Shown: piece by piece, positions 42,011 through 51,638 of the stretch
Layout: the number at the start of each line of letters is the position of its first letter
Numbering within the stretch: position 1 is the first letter of the stretch
Assembly: GCA_051599415.1 (NCBI GenBank)
Contig: AP039691.1
Location: 124,001 to 188,000 of the forward strand
DNA from: Savitreella phatthalungensis
Lineage: Eukaryota
Reading direction: 5' to 3'
DNA: 64,000 bases
The notes under the pieces: model-generated
Database searches by the model: none
Seen by the model: the letters and a program-made list of their open reading frames with translations, nothing else
Told to the model about the DNA's origin: nothing
Program-made: the position numbers and the translations under genes

Positions 42011-43546
42011 CTAGGCGCGGCCTTTGTCAGCCCGGATTCGAATCAAGGTCACGCCATCAAAGATTGGTAAGAGGACGCAATCAAGTTGGGGATCTCTTTG
42101 GACGGCCGCATTGAAAGAGCGGACCGCTTCCACCGTCGATACAAAGTCTTCATGTCTTTGCCTCTGCACCTCTGTCGGAGCAGGATGGCGGGGTGGCATT
42201 TGCTCGCTGGTCGCGGCTGCAAAGCCACGGCGCAGGGTGTTATCACAAACAATCACGCCGTTGCTGCTCAGTAGTTCGCGCGAGAGGACAGCCTCGAGAT
42301 AGTCCGCATAGCCTTGCTTTTCGGCATCAATGAAGATGAAGTCAAATTTTCCATCAACAACACCAGCGTCTCTGATCGTCTTATGAGCATCGCCTTGCAC
42401 CACGCGGATTGCACTAGAAGGTGGACAGATCTTGTGAACGGCAAGCTTCGCAAATGATGCGAGCCCAGGGTCCAATTCCAGTGTGACGACCTCTTCCGCT
42501 CCAGCGAAGGCTGCTACAAGAGCGCTGAAGCCTGTATAACAGCCAATTTCGAGCACACGCTTGACACCGTGCGCTCTGATCATGAACGACTGCCACTGAG
42601 CCTGATTGAGAGTGATCATCATCATCTCGCCGTATGCGTCAATCGATTCTTGCCGATGCTGCAAGAGCTCTGGAGCCAGCGGAGTGCTCGCATTTGTGCA
42701 GTACCTATCCAGAATCCCAGGTTCAAGAGTCGGTAATCCCAGGCCGCCATCCTTACCTCGAGCAGCCAGGTCTGCATGCTTGCCAAGACCGAGACCGAGT
42801 TCTGAACTCTTCACAGCTTTCGAAGTTGACGCTGCATGGGCATCCGCTTTGGCTTGCTGGTCGAGGAACGAGGTCGTCATCGACTCAGGCACGGGAGAAT
42901 TGTAGCCTGTATTGGCAGCGGTGGTAGTCGTCGTATCCGCAGGCGTATCTTGTGGCAGCAAGACAGAAATGAAGTATGACAGAGCGTCCGGATAGATATC
43001 GTCTTTGAGGAAAAGGGCAGCTTTCTCGAGATCTGTTGTCTCGTCTGACGTTTCAGTGAGGCCAAAGAGGTGGAAGAAGGAATAGCGTTTCTCGCGACGA
43101 GCGAGGTAGCATAGATTCTGGCGTTCTGAAACCCAACCGATCTCCGTCGGAGGACTCGTCAGCTCACCTTCTAAGCTGAAGCAGAAATCTCTCTGAAGCA
43201 ACGTTGAGCCTTCCGGTAAGTACGCGTTCGGCTCGAATGTCATGCTGAGACGCCAGTCATCACCAGACTTGCCGCCGAGATATTCTGTTCGAACATCTAT
43301 ACAGCTCTTCAGCAGATCGAGCTCTGGAGGGCCAATGAAAGGCTTCAGCTCTTCTGCGGCAGCGAAAACAGTGCACCAGAATCGAGGTACAAGACTTGTC
43401 ACCTTGGAACGCTTGGTATATAGAGGAGCGTACATGTCTGCTTCCTTGCGCTTGACCTCGATGGCCATATCTGCAAGCTGTTCATCGAGGTCTCCGAGCA
43501 GGTTGACGAGTGCGTCTGCTGCATTCCTTTGAGCATTGGCAGCCAT
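42011..43546 (-). CDS. Fusion ORF: NAP/SET-family histone chaperone domain plus class I O-methyltransferase (COMT/CCoAOMT-like)
   Basis: N-terminus: PLYTKRS..VPRFWCTVF, FEPNAY, TEIGW, SFFHLF, KDDIYPDALSYF. C-terminus: KRVLEIGCYTGFSAL, FDFIFIDAEKQGY, VCDNTL, LPIFDGVTLI. No stop between them. Confidence 0.85.
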   Translation of the reverse strand: MAANAQRNAADALVNLLGDLDEQLADMAIEVKRKEADMYAPLYTKRSKVTSLVPRFWCTVFAAAEELKPFIGPPELDLLKSCIDVRTEYLGGKSGDDWRLSMTFEPNAYLPEGSTLLQRDFCFSLEGELTSPPTEIGWVSERQNLCYLARREKRYSFFHLFGLTETSDETTDLEKAALFLKDDIYPDALSYFISVLLPQDTPADTTTTTAANTGYNSPVPESMTTSFLDQQAKADAHAASTSKAVKSSELGLGLGKHADLAARGKDGGLGLPTLEPGILDRYCTNASTPLAPELLQHRQESIDAYGEMMMITLNQAQWQSFMIRAHGVKRVLEIGCYTGFSALVAAFAGAEEVVTLELDPGLASFAKLAVHKICPPSSAIRVVQGDAHKTIRDAGVVDGKFDFIFIDAEKQGYADYLEAVLSRELLSSNGVIVCDNTLRRGFAAATSEQMPPRHPAPTEVQRQRHEDFVSTVEAVRSFNAAVQRDPQLDCVLLPIFDGVTLIRIRADKGRA

Positions 43547-44011
43547 ACAGTCTAGGTATAGTCACCTGATGAGGTGACAGAAGTTGAGATGTGGTCTACA
43601 AGCCTGTGGCCATCTCAACTGATGTCCATTAGGATGATTGAGGCAATCAAGAGGATGAGGACGAGGACAGAAGGTGGACGGAAATATACGTGGGATCAAG
43701 CACGTAGCTATGAATGCAATTTATGTGAAGCTGACATGCATACAGTAGACTAACTGGAAATTACCGAAGGTTAGCTGAAAACGGACTACTTTCGATTTGC
43801 AGGCAGTATCCTGAATATTGCAGCTGATGATATAGTTGATGGCCTGAAGACCCGTGAAGCCGCATCTGCGCGGCCGATCGCTCTATCATAGACAACGTGA
43901 GCCTTCTGATCGCGGTAGATGACATGCGCATTGCCAAAATTCAAATGCGCCTTCAGCGGGGCGGCTGCATGCAATGGCTCAGGGTACTGTACAGGTCGCC
44001 GCACTCGCCCC

Positions 44012-44587
44012 TCACCATCCTGCGCCTGGCCGGCTCAGATACTCCTGTTCTGCGTCGGTCGAGGCACGACCAAGTATCGCATTGCGACTTGGATAGCGAC
44101 CGTATTGTCGGATGACATCGCGGTGGCTGCGTGCAAAGTTGAGACTTTGTTCCCGCCCTAGGGCTTCGAACTTTGCCACGCACAGATCCTGCATCGAGCG
44201 TGACTCGGCATGCATCATTGGCATGTATAGGAATGCTAGACGTTCGGCCGGATACTGATCTTCCCACCCTAGATCGATTGCGCTGAGGCACAGATCGAGT
44301 GCTAGCGGATCAGCAGCAAAGGCCAGCGCCGACCCGCGGTACATATTACGCGAGAACTGGTCAAGTAGGAGGATCGCAGCTAGCACTGTATCAGGCTTCT
44401 CACGCCAGCCGACTGCGTCAGTTGCCAAGACCTGATCACGCAGCGGCCTATATCGCTTGATCAATTCCTGGTCGAGTGCGTCATACTTGGCAAAGTGCCG
44501 TTCCGGTGGCAATCCGAACCAGAAGTCGAGAATATCGCGCGCCTGCGTGCGAACCTGTGCCTCATCCATTCCTAGAGCGGCAGTCAT
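44012..44587 (-). CDS. DUF924-family protein (bacterial-type, about 191 aa from ATG 44587)
   Basis: ILDFWF, ILLLDQFSRNMYRG..AFAAD, FLYMPMMHAES, HRDVIRQYGRYPSRNAILGRAST. Confidence 0.9.
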   Translation of the reverse strand: MTAALGMDEAQVRTQARDILDFWFGLPPERHFAKYDALDQELIKRYRPLRDQVLATDAVGWREKPDTVLAAILLLDQFSRNMYRGSALAFAADPLALDLCLSAIDLGWEDQYPAERLAFLYMPMMHAESRSMQDLCVAKFEALGREQSLNFARSHRDVIRQYGRYPSRNAILGRASTDAEQEYLSRPGAGW

Positions 44588-45077
44588 GTTGTACTTCCCC
44601 GAGCCTGAGATTACTAGTCTATGTTGCCGGCTGAAAACTGACGAAAGTGAAAGAGTTCGTGCGATTGCCGCCTTTGATCCCATCAACAAGTAGTGCTTTT
44701 AACTGACAGAAACCGTGAAGCACAAGTCACAGAATAGTGAGATGCGGGGTGCAATGACCTCAATGTCCTGCTCGACCTGAAGAGCGGGATGTCGGAATCG
44801 TAAGAAAATCTCGGAGTCCAACAGCGGAAGTGATCTGTTTTATATAGCTCTTGAGTGACCTTGCAGCGACCACAGGAGTAATGAGGGGTTGCGTGGACGT
44901 AGTTCATCATACTGGTTCCGAACCTTTAGACTTTATAAGCGTTCGATACGTGCATGTGCATTCGTGCAGGTGCATTTGGACGCGGATGCACAATTGATCA
45001 AAGACGTGACTGAAATGAACTGAATTGATATCCTCCAAGAACGTATGCATCCACATATGCAGTCAATTGTCCGACAG

Positions 45078-45121
45078 ACGCGTTCCTACGTATTGTACGT
45101 CCATTCAAAAGATCAACGCGT
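45078..45121. promoter_or_regulatory. Two MCB boxes (ACGCGT at 45078 and 45116) upstream of POL3
   Basis: Exact hexamers 170-220 nt upstream of a canonical G1/S gene. Confidence 0.6.
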
Positions 45122-45294
45122 CTACACCAGGGCAATCTCCGAGGAGCGCGCAAAGTCGGTCAGTGACTTTAACAGTGAGTCGATCAGCTCTTGGCTCAGT
45201 GTGTCAGTCTGACAAGCACAGGATCGGACACCCTAAATCACATTAGCCCTTCCCTCTCATCACGTCAGATCTTCTGATCACACCAGAGGCCAGC

Positions 45295-48200
45295 ATGGCA
45301 GATGTCATGTCTGCGCCAGGCGAATCGAGTCTGGCGAAGCGTAAGGAAGTCTTGCATGAAGCAGACCTTAATCGTCAGCCAAAAAAGCGCGTTCTCAATG
45401 ATCCTGCGGCTAGCACTGCAGTCAAGCAGGAGAAGACCTCATTTGAAGAAGATCTAGAGCGACTCACCCAGGAAGTGAAAGAGGCAAAGCGCGTAGGAGG
45501 CGCAGAACATGACCAGAGATGGGCTAGACCAAAGCTTGAGCCTGTTGAACCGCGCACAAACAGCTTGATATTCCAATCGATCGAGATTGAAGAATCACAG
45601 GATATGGAAGGTCCGACATTACGACTCTTCGGTGTGTCTGAGGCTGGCAATAGTGTCCTCGCACACGTCACCGGCTTTTTGCCATATTTCTACGTCCCAG
45701 CTCCCAACGGATTCACGCCGAAACACATTCAGTCCTTCATCCGCACTGTGGAGACTTGTGTTGGCACAGCCGACTGCATATCTCAACAGACGACGCTCGT
45801 CATGCGAGAATCACTGTACGGTTTCCAAGGCAATCAGAAGTCTCCATTCATAAAGATCGTCGTCACAGATCCAAAGTTCCTTGCGAGGACGCGAACGGCT
45901 TTTGAGCGGGGCGACATCTCCTTCAATGGCATGTTCCCTGGTCAGATCATGACGTTCGAATCCAATCTGGCATACGAGCTTCGATTCATGATCGACACAG
46001 CACTCTTCGGCATGTCATGGATCGAGATCCCGGCAGGCAAGTGGACAGTCGTGTCTCAGAGCAGCCGCGTCTCGACCTGTCAGATCGAGCTCAAGGTCTT
46101 CTGGAAGGACTTCATCGCTCACGCTCCTGTCGATGAATGGGCAAAGACAGCTCCACTTCGAATCCTCTCTTTTGACATCGAGTGTGCAGGTCGAAAAGGC
46201 ATTTTTCCAGAAGCTGAGGTCGACCCGATTATCCAGGTTGCCAACACCGTCACTGTCATGGGGGAGACGAAGCCATTTGTTCGCAATGTGTTTGTAATCG
46301 ATACTTGCGCGCCCATTGTCGGTACACAGATCTTCGAATTCAGCGACGGCAAAGACCTCCTCGTTGCATGGTCCAAGTTCGTGCGTGAAGTGGATCCGGA
46401 CGTCGTCGTCGGCTACAACACAGCCAATTTCGACCTGCCGTACATGATTGATCGGGCCAAGTTCTTACGTGCTGGCGAATTCCCTTACCTCGGCCGTCTG
46501 GAGCGTACGCCTTCCCAGATCAGTACAGCCACCTTCTCAAGCAAGGCTTACGGAACACGCGAGTCCAAGACCACCAACATCAATGGTCGAATCCAGCTCG
46601 ACATGCTGCAGGTCATGCAGCGCGACTATAAGCTGCGTTCTTATACTCTTAACGCTGTCTCTGCACATTTCCTGGGCGAGCAGAAAGAGGACGTGCACCA
46701 CTCGATCATCACCGACCTGCAAAACGGCAATTCAGAATCGCGTCGCCGGCTTGCAGTGTACTGCCTCAAGGACGCTTTCCTCCCACAACGGCTGATGGAC
46801 AAATTGATGACTTTTGTCAACTATACAGAAATGGCTCGTGTCACGGGTGTCCCATTCAACTATCTCCTCGCACGTGGACAGCAGATCAAGGTCATCTCGC
46901 AGTTGTTCAGGAAGGCGAAGGAAGAGTCGCTCGTGATCCCCAATATCAAGAGCGAATCCGGCGAGGGAGAGATGTACGAAGGTGCTACAGTCATCGAGCC
47001 AGAGCGCGGCTACTACGACGTGCCGATCGCCACGCTCGATTTCTCATCGCTGTATCCATCGATCATGCAGGCTCACAATCTCTGCTACACGACCTTGCTA
47101 TCGCCAAAAATGATCGAGAAGAGTAGCTTCAAGGTGCACGACGACTATACACTAACTCCGAATGGTGATTGCTTTGTCAAGTCACACCATCGACGAGGCC
47201 TGCTGCCGCGAATTTTTGAGGACCTTCTAGGCGCACGTAAGCGCGCAAAAACGGATCTGAAGAAGGAGACAGATCCGTTCAAGCGCGCTGTGCTCGATGG
47301 TCGCCAGCTCGCTCTGAAAGTCTCTGCAAACTCCGTCTATGGATTCACGGGCGCGACAAACGGAAAGCTCCCCTGTCTGCCAATCTCATCCTCGACAACA
47401 GCCTACGGTAGAGAGATGATCGAGAAGACGAAAGAGGAGGTAGAGAAGCGTTACACGATCGCGAACGGATACACGCATGACGCCAAGGTCATTTATGGCG
47501 ACACAGACTCCGTGATGGTCAAGTTCGGTCCCGGAGGCGAGGACAAGGAGAAACTTGCTGCAGTGATGGCGCTTGGAGAAGAAGCCGCTGGATTTGTCTC
47601 TGGCAAGTTCATCAATCCCATCAAGCTCGAGTTCGAGAAGGTATACTACCCGTACTTGCTCATCAACAAGAAGCGGTACGCTGGTCTATACTGGACCCGA
47701 CCAGATAAGTGGGACAAGATGGATGCCAAAGGTATCGAGACTGTGCGACGTGACAACTGCCGGCTCGCGTCGAACCTGATTGAGACGGCGTTGCGGAAGA
47801 TGCTGATCGATCGTGATCCAGCGGCGGCTGAGATGTACGTCAAGCGGACGATTGCCGACTTGCTGCAGAACAAGGTCGACCTGTCGAACCTTGTGATCAC
47901 AAAGGCACTCGTCAAGGCCGACTATGCAAACAAGCAGCCCCACGTCGAGTTGGCAGAGCGAATGCGAAAGCGCGATGCCGGCAGTGCTCCGACGCTCGGC
48001 GACCGTGTGGCGTACGTGATCATCAAAGGTGGCAAATCGGACAAGCTGTTTGACAAGACGGAAGATCCACTCTACGTGCTTGAGAACAACCTGCCGATCG
48101 ACGCCAAGTACTATCTTGAAAACCAGCTGTCAAAACCGCTCATGCGAATCTTCGAGCCCATTCTCGGCGAGAAAGCATCGACCCTGCTGAGCGGTGAGCA

Positions 48201-48570
48201 CACGCGGACGATCTCTGTGGCAGCGCCGACGATCGGTGGTCTGATGAAGTTTGCCGTCAAGACGGTGACGTGTCTCGGCTGCAAGGCGCCTGTGCCTAAA
48301 GGCACGAACTCGCCGGTGTGCAAGTCGTGCAAGGAACGTGCACCGGAACTCTACCTGAAGCACATCGGTCTGATGGGCGAAGTCGAGACACGATTTGCAC
48401 GTCTCTGGACTCAGTGCCAGCGATGCCAAGGCTCACTCCACCAAGACGTCATCTGCTCATCAAAGGACTGTCCGATCTTCTACATGCGGAAGAAATGTCA
48501 AAAGGACTTGTCAGACGTCTCCAAAGAACTCGCCAGATTCGATGACTACACAGGCGACGAGCTGTTTTAA
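45295..48570 (+). CDS. POL3: DNA polymerase delta catalytic subunit
   Basis: Exo I SFDIEC, DFSSLYPSIM, KVSANSVYGFTG, YGDTDS, C-terminal CysA/CysB (CLGC..CKSC; CQRC..CSSKDCPIFY). Confidence 0.98.
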   Translation: MADVMSAPGESSLAKRKEVLHEADLNRQPKKRVLNDPAASTAVKQEKTSFEEDLERLTQEVKEAKRVGGAEHDQRWARPKLEPVEPRTNSLIFQSIEIEESQDMEGPTLRLFGVSEAGNSVLAHVTGFLPYFYVPAPNGFTPKHIQSFIRTVETCVGTADCISQQTTLVMRESLYGFQGNQKSPFIKIVVTDPKFLARTRTAFERGDISFNGMFPGQIMTFESNLAYELRFMIDTALFGMSWIEIPAGKWTVVSQSSRVSTCQIELKVFWKDFIAHAPVDEWAKTAPLRILSFDIECAGRKGIFPEAEVDPIIQVANTVTVMGETKPFVRNVFVIDTCAPIVGTQIFEFSDGKDLLVAWSKFVREVDPDVVVGYNTANFDLPYMIDRAKFLRAGEFPYLGRLERTPSQISTATFSSKAYGTRESKTTNINGRIQLDMLQVMQRDYKLRSYTLNAVSAHFLGEQKEDVHHSIITDLQNGNSESRRRLAVYCLKDAFLPQRLMDKLMTFVNYTEMARVTGVPFNYLLARGQQIKVISQLFRKAKEESLVIPNIKSESGEGEMYEGATVIEPERGYYDVPIATLDFSSLYPSIMQAHNLCYTTLLSPKMIEKSSFKVHDDYTLTPNGDCFVKSHHRRGLLPRIFEDLLGARKRAKTDLKKETDPFKRAVLDGRQLALKVSANSVYGFTGATNGKLPCLPISSSTTAYGREMIEKTKEEVEKRYTIANGYTHDAKVIYGDTDSVMVKFGPGGEDKEKLAAVMALGEEAAGFVSGKFINPIKLEFEKVYYPYLLINKKRYAGLYWTRPDKWDKMDAKGIETVRRDNCRLASNLIETALRKMLIDRDPAAAEMYVKRTIADLLQNKVDLSNLVITKALVKADYANKQPHVELAERMRKRDAGSAPTLGDRVAYVIIKGGKSDKLFDKTEDPLYVLENNLPIDAKYYLENQLSKPLMRIFEPILGEKASTLLSGEHTRTISVAAPTIGGLMKFAVKTVTCLGCKAPVPKGTNSPVCKSCKERAPELYLKHIGLMGEVETRFARLWTQCQRCQGSLHQDVICSSKDCPIFYMRKKCQKDLSDVSKELARFDDYTGDELF

Positions 48571-49720
48571 AGGCTCATTCAAATGAACAGAGTGGCAACT
48601 TCACTCGATCTGTATCAATAGCTTCTAGTTCTACTTCAAAAGAAGGACAAATTTCGTCCTCCAAATTACGTACGTACGCGTATCAGTCATGAATCAATCA
48701 TCGATGGTAGACAAGGGCTGAGATGCATCCGTATATGTGTATGTGTATTGATGACGTCGCGGCGAAGGGCGACGCTCCTGCTCAACCTGAAGTGAATGAT
48801 ACGCCGAATTGGAGAATAGCAGGATCAATCAATTGCACATGTTATCACTACATGCACTCCAAGAAATGATCATCCATGCAGTGATGAAACATGCTGAAAC
48901 GCGAAATTTCAAAGATGAAACGAGAAGAATGTTTCAAGTTGCAGATCATGGCTATATACACCATGCCCATGACTGATAAGTGAAAGTTTCAGCTTGTCGA
49001 CCTTGTTTACTGTCTGACTGTTGGTAGATTGAACTTTGGCTCATATTGAGAGTGAGACTGAAGATTGATCAAACAAAAAGATCATGCAAGATATCTGCAA
49101 GATATCCCTATCCTAGGAGTATAAATCTCCATGAACTTCCCCCACCTCTGAGACATTCATCAAGCTCTTCATCCAGCCCAAGACTATCAGACAAAATTTC
49201 ATCTCAAAACATTTGTCTGGCAAATTCCTGATCTAGCTGTGCATCCTAGCAACCCAGATTTCACAAAAACTTCCTCCTGAGTTTCTAACTTTAGATTTCT
49301 TCAAAATTGGAGAAAATTCAAATACAAAACAACAGCTGCAAATCCCCCCACTTCACAAGCAGTTGCAAGCAATTAAGTCACTTGCAATCAATCAATCAAT
49401 CTTCAGGACAACATCTTCCACAAAGCCAGCTCATCATCTACTTGGTAGATAACCTTATCAGAGGCTCAGCTCAGACCTCCTAGACCCCAAACTGCAACCA
49501 CATCAGCACCAGCAGCATCACGAGTGGGCAAAAGGCTTCAGACGCTCTCCTCGAGCCCTTTCTGAACTTCCGCAATCCCGTGAGACTCTCAGGAACTCCA
49601 ACGGCTCATTAACTGTCCAAGGTCCGAGGACGCGCCTTGGCGAACGCGTCCTGAAGATCATCATCTCTTTATCCCACATTCGTTCTCGTCCCCGCTTCCA
49701 CGACCTCCTGATCTCCCGCC

Positions 49721-51526
49721 ATGTCCGACAGCGACGATGACCGCGAATGGGCAGAGGCAGAGCCGCTCGACCCGGCGCTCATGACACTTCCAGAGCCGGA
49801 GCTCTTGCAATACAGCATGTCAGGACTCTACAGGCGATACCTCAACGGAGAGCTCGACTTGCAACCATACTACCAGCGTGACGTCGTCTGGCGTGAAGAC
49901 CGTCAGTCAAAACTCATCAACAGTTTATTCAATAATTTCGTCGTCCCACCGGTCATTGTCAAGCAGCGGTACGTCAACGTTCCCGGAAGAGACAAACCCG
50001 TGGAAGTAATGGCTGTCATTGACGGAAAGCAGCGTCTGTCGAGTGTTTTCGCATTTCTGAACGGCACCATCCCATACATCGACCCCACAAAGCAAAGGTG
50101 GTTCTTCCCAACGATGGACGCGGCAAACAAGCAAGGAAAGCTTCTCACAAAAGCAATGCTGAAGGAATTCCGTGCAAAGACATTCATGGTCGTGGTCTAT
50201 AAAGAACTGCAGCCCGCTCAGGAGGAGGAACTCTTTGCTCGCTTCCAACAGGGCATGCCACTTACCCACGCAGAGCGCGTCCAGGCGTGCTCAGGTCCAT
50301 GGAACAAACTCGTCGACTGCCTCCTGAAGGAGTATCCAACCTCGACCGTACTCACATTTACTCAGACGCGCGGAAATCGTTTCGGTCATCTCATCCAGGC
50401 GGTTATCGTCTGCTGGGAGTATGCAAAGGGTGGTATGCCCAAGGTGAAAACATGGACCGCCTCCAGCATCCGGCTCCGCAGACTTGTGGCGTGTCAAGAT
50501 GGTGCACCGACACAACGATTCTGTGCTCGGCTCACAAAGGTGTTCAGTGTCCTCGCAGACATCGTCAAAGCTCGGCCAGACATCTTCTCACATACATTTC
50601 CGTTTGCACCACATCGATTCTCCCCGATCGAATTCGCCGCAACGGTCTTGCTCGTGGATCGCTGGCTGGATCACCGTGACGATCTAGCACTGGCCGACGA
50701 CATCCTCGGCATGCGTCAGTGGATCCGGTCGGACAAGCGCGTTGTCGATCTCAAGACAAATTCGACAACCTGGCTACACTTCTGGGCGTGGATCGACCAG
50801 CTGACTTCGATGCGAGGTGAAGCCAGACGGCCACATGCCCGTCCTCAGCCGCCACCTTTGCGGGGTCTTGATGACATCCAGCCCCAGCCTGGTCTCGTTC
50901 CAGAATCGAAGATCAACCGACCATCAGGCATCATCGAGGGCTACGAAGACGTACTCGGCATGTCCACCAGTGCAGGAAAGAAGCGTGCCTCTGACGGCAA
51001 GGTGAAATCCAGCAGCGCTAGCAGCAAAAGCCGTAACAGGACAGCTGCAGCAACGTCAACGCCTACCCCAACACCACCACCACCTGCTGCACCAGCCAAG
51101 CCAAAGCCACGCGCACGCAGGACAGGTAAGCCGGTATCAGCATCACCATCGGTGGCAGGTGGCATGAGTAATGGTCATAGCTCACGACCAAGCACCAAAC
51201 GCGATCCAGATTCCTCGATTTCTTCAAATGATGGTGGAGACGCTGACGACGACGATAATGAATCTGGGGCAGGCTTTGCAGAAGGTGATGCAGATGGGCT
51301 TACCGACGCCATCTTCCAGGACAATCTCGCTAGCAATCCCTCATGGACACGCAACGGTGTGTCATCTGCATCACATCATTCGCCTGCTGCGCCCGCAGGA
51401 ATGCTATCGACTGAGTACGAAGAGTTCAAAGCCTTCCAAGAGTTCAAAGCGTACAAGGCGGCGATGCAGCAGCAGCAGCAGGCTAGTCCTGGAGGATCAG
51501 CGGGTAAGCGGTCACGGTTGGTCTAG
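49721..51526 (+). CDS. DUF262 (ParB/Srx-like, GmrSD N-terminal-type) domain protein with a disordered C-terminus
   Basis: PYYQRDVVW, LINSLF, PPVIV, VIDGKQRLSSV, ELFARFQQGMPLT..E. Confidence 0.85.
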   Translation: MSDSDDDREWAEAEPLDPALMTLPEPELLQYSMSGLYRRYLNGELDLQPYYQRDVVWREDRQSKLINSLFNNFVVPPVIVKQRYVNVPGRDKPVEVMAVIDGKQRLSSVFAFLNGTIPYIDPTKQRWFFPTMDAANKQGKLLTKAMLKEFRAKTFMVVVYKELQPAQEEELFARFQQGMPLTHAERVQACSGPWNKLVDCLLKEYPTSTVLTFTQTRGNRFGHLIQAVIVCWEYAKGGMPKVKTWTASSIRLRRLVACQDGAPTQRFCARLTKVFSVLADIVKARPDIFSHTFPFAPHRFSPIEFAATVLLVDRWLDHRDDLALADDILGMRQWIRSDKRVVDLKTNSTTWLHFWAWIDQLTSMRGEARRPHARPQPPPLRGLDDIQPQPGLVPESKINRPSGIIEGYEDVLGMSTSAGKKRASDGKVKSSSASSKSRNRTAAATSTPTPTPPPPAAPAKPKPRARRTGKPVSASPSVAGGMSNGHSSRPSTKRDPDSSISSNDGGDADDDDNESGAGFAEGDADGLTDAIFQDNLASNPSWTRNGVSSASHHSPAAPAGMLSTEYEEFKAFQEFKAYKAAMQQQQQASPGGSAGKRSRLV

Positions 51527-51638
51527 TTGCTCGCATCTTGTATCATTAAAAACCATCGTTCTATTCGTCCCGCTCAACCTCATCAATGTCCTTGTCTTGT
51601 GGTTGTTCCTCAAGCTCCGTTAAGTCGAACTGTCAGAC

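Noticed and set aside
43564..43590. CTGATGA as a hammerhead ribozyme core
   Set aside because: No stem II followed by GAAA, and no compatible stem I/III.
48745..48980. TGATGA...CTGA pairs as a C/D box snoRNA
   Set aside because: No terminal stem and no rRNA-complementary guide that I could recognise.
6465..51526. Functional cluster of genome-maintenance genes (LIG4, MCM-BP, RFC4, Raf2-like, NAP, POL3)
   Set aside because: They are interspersed with unrelated genes and can be explained by chance in a compact genome without an enrichment test.
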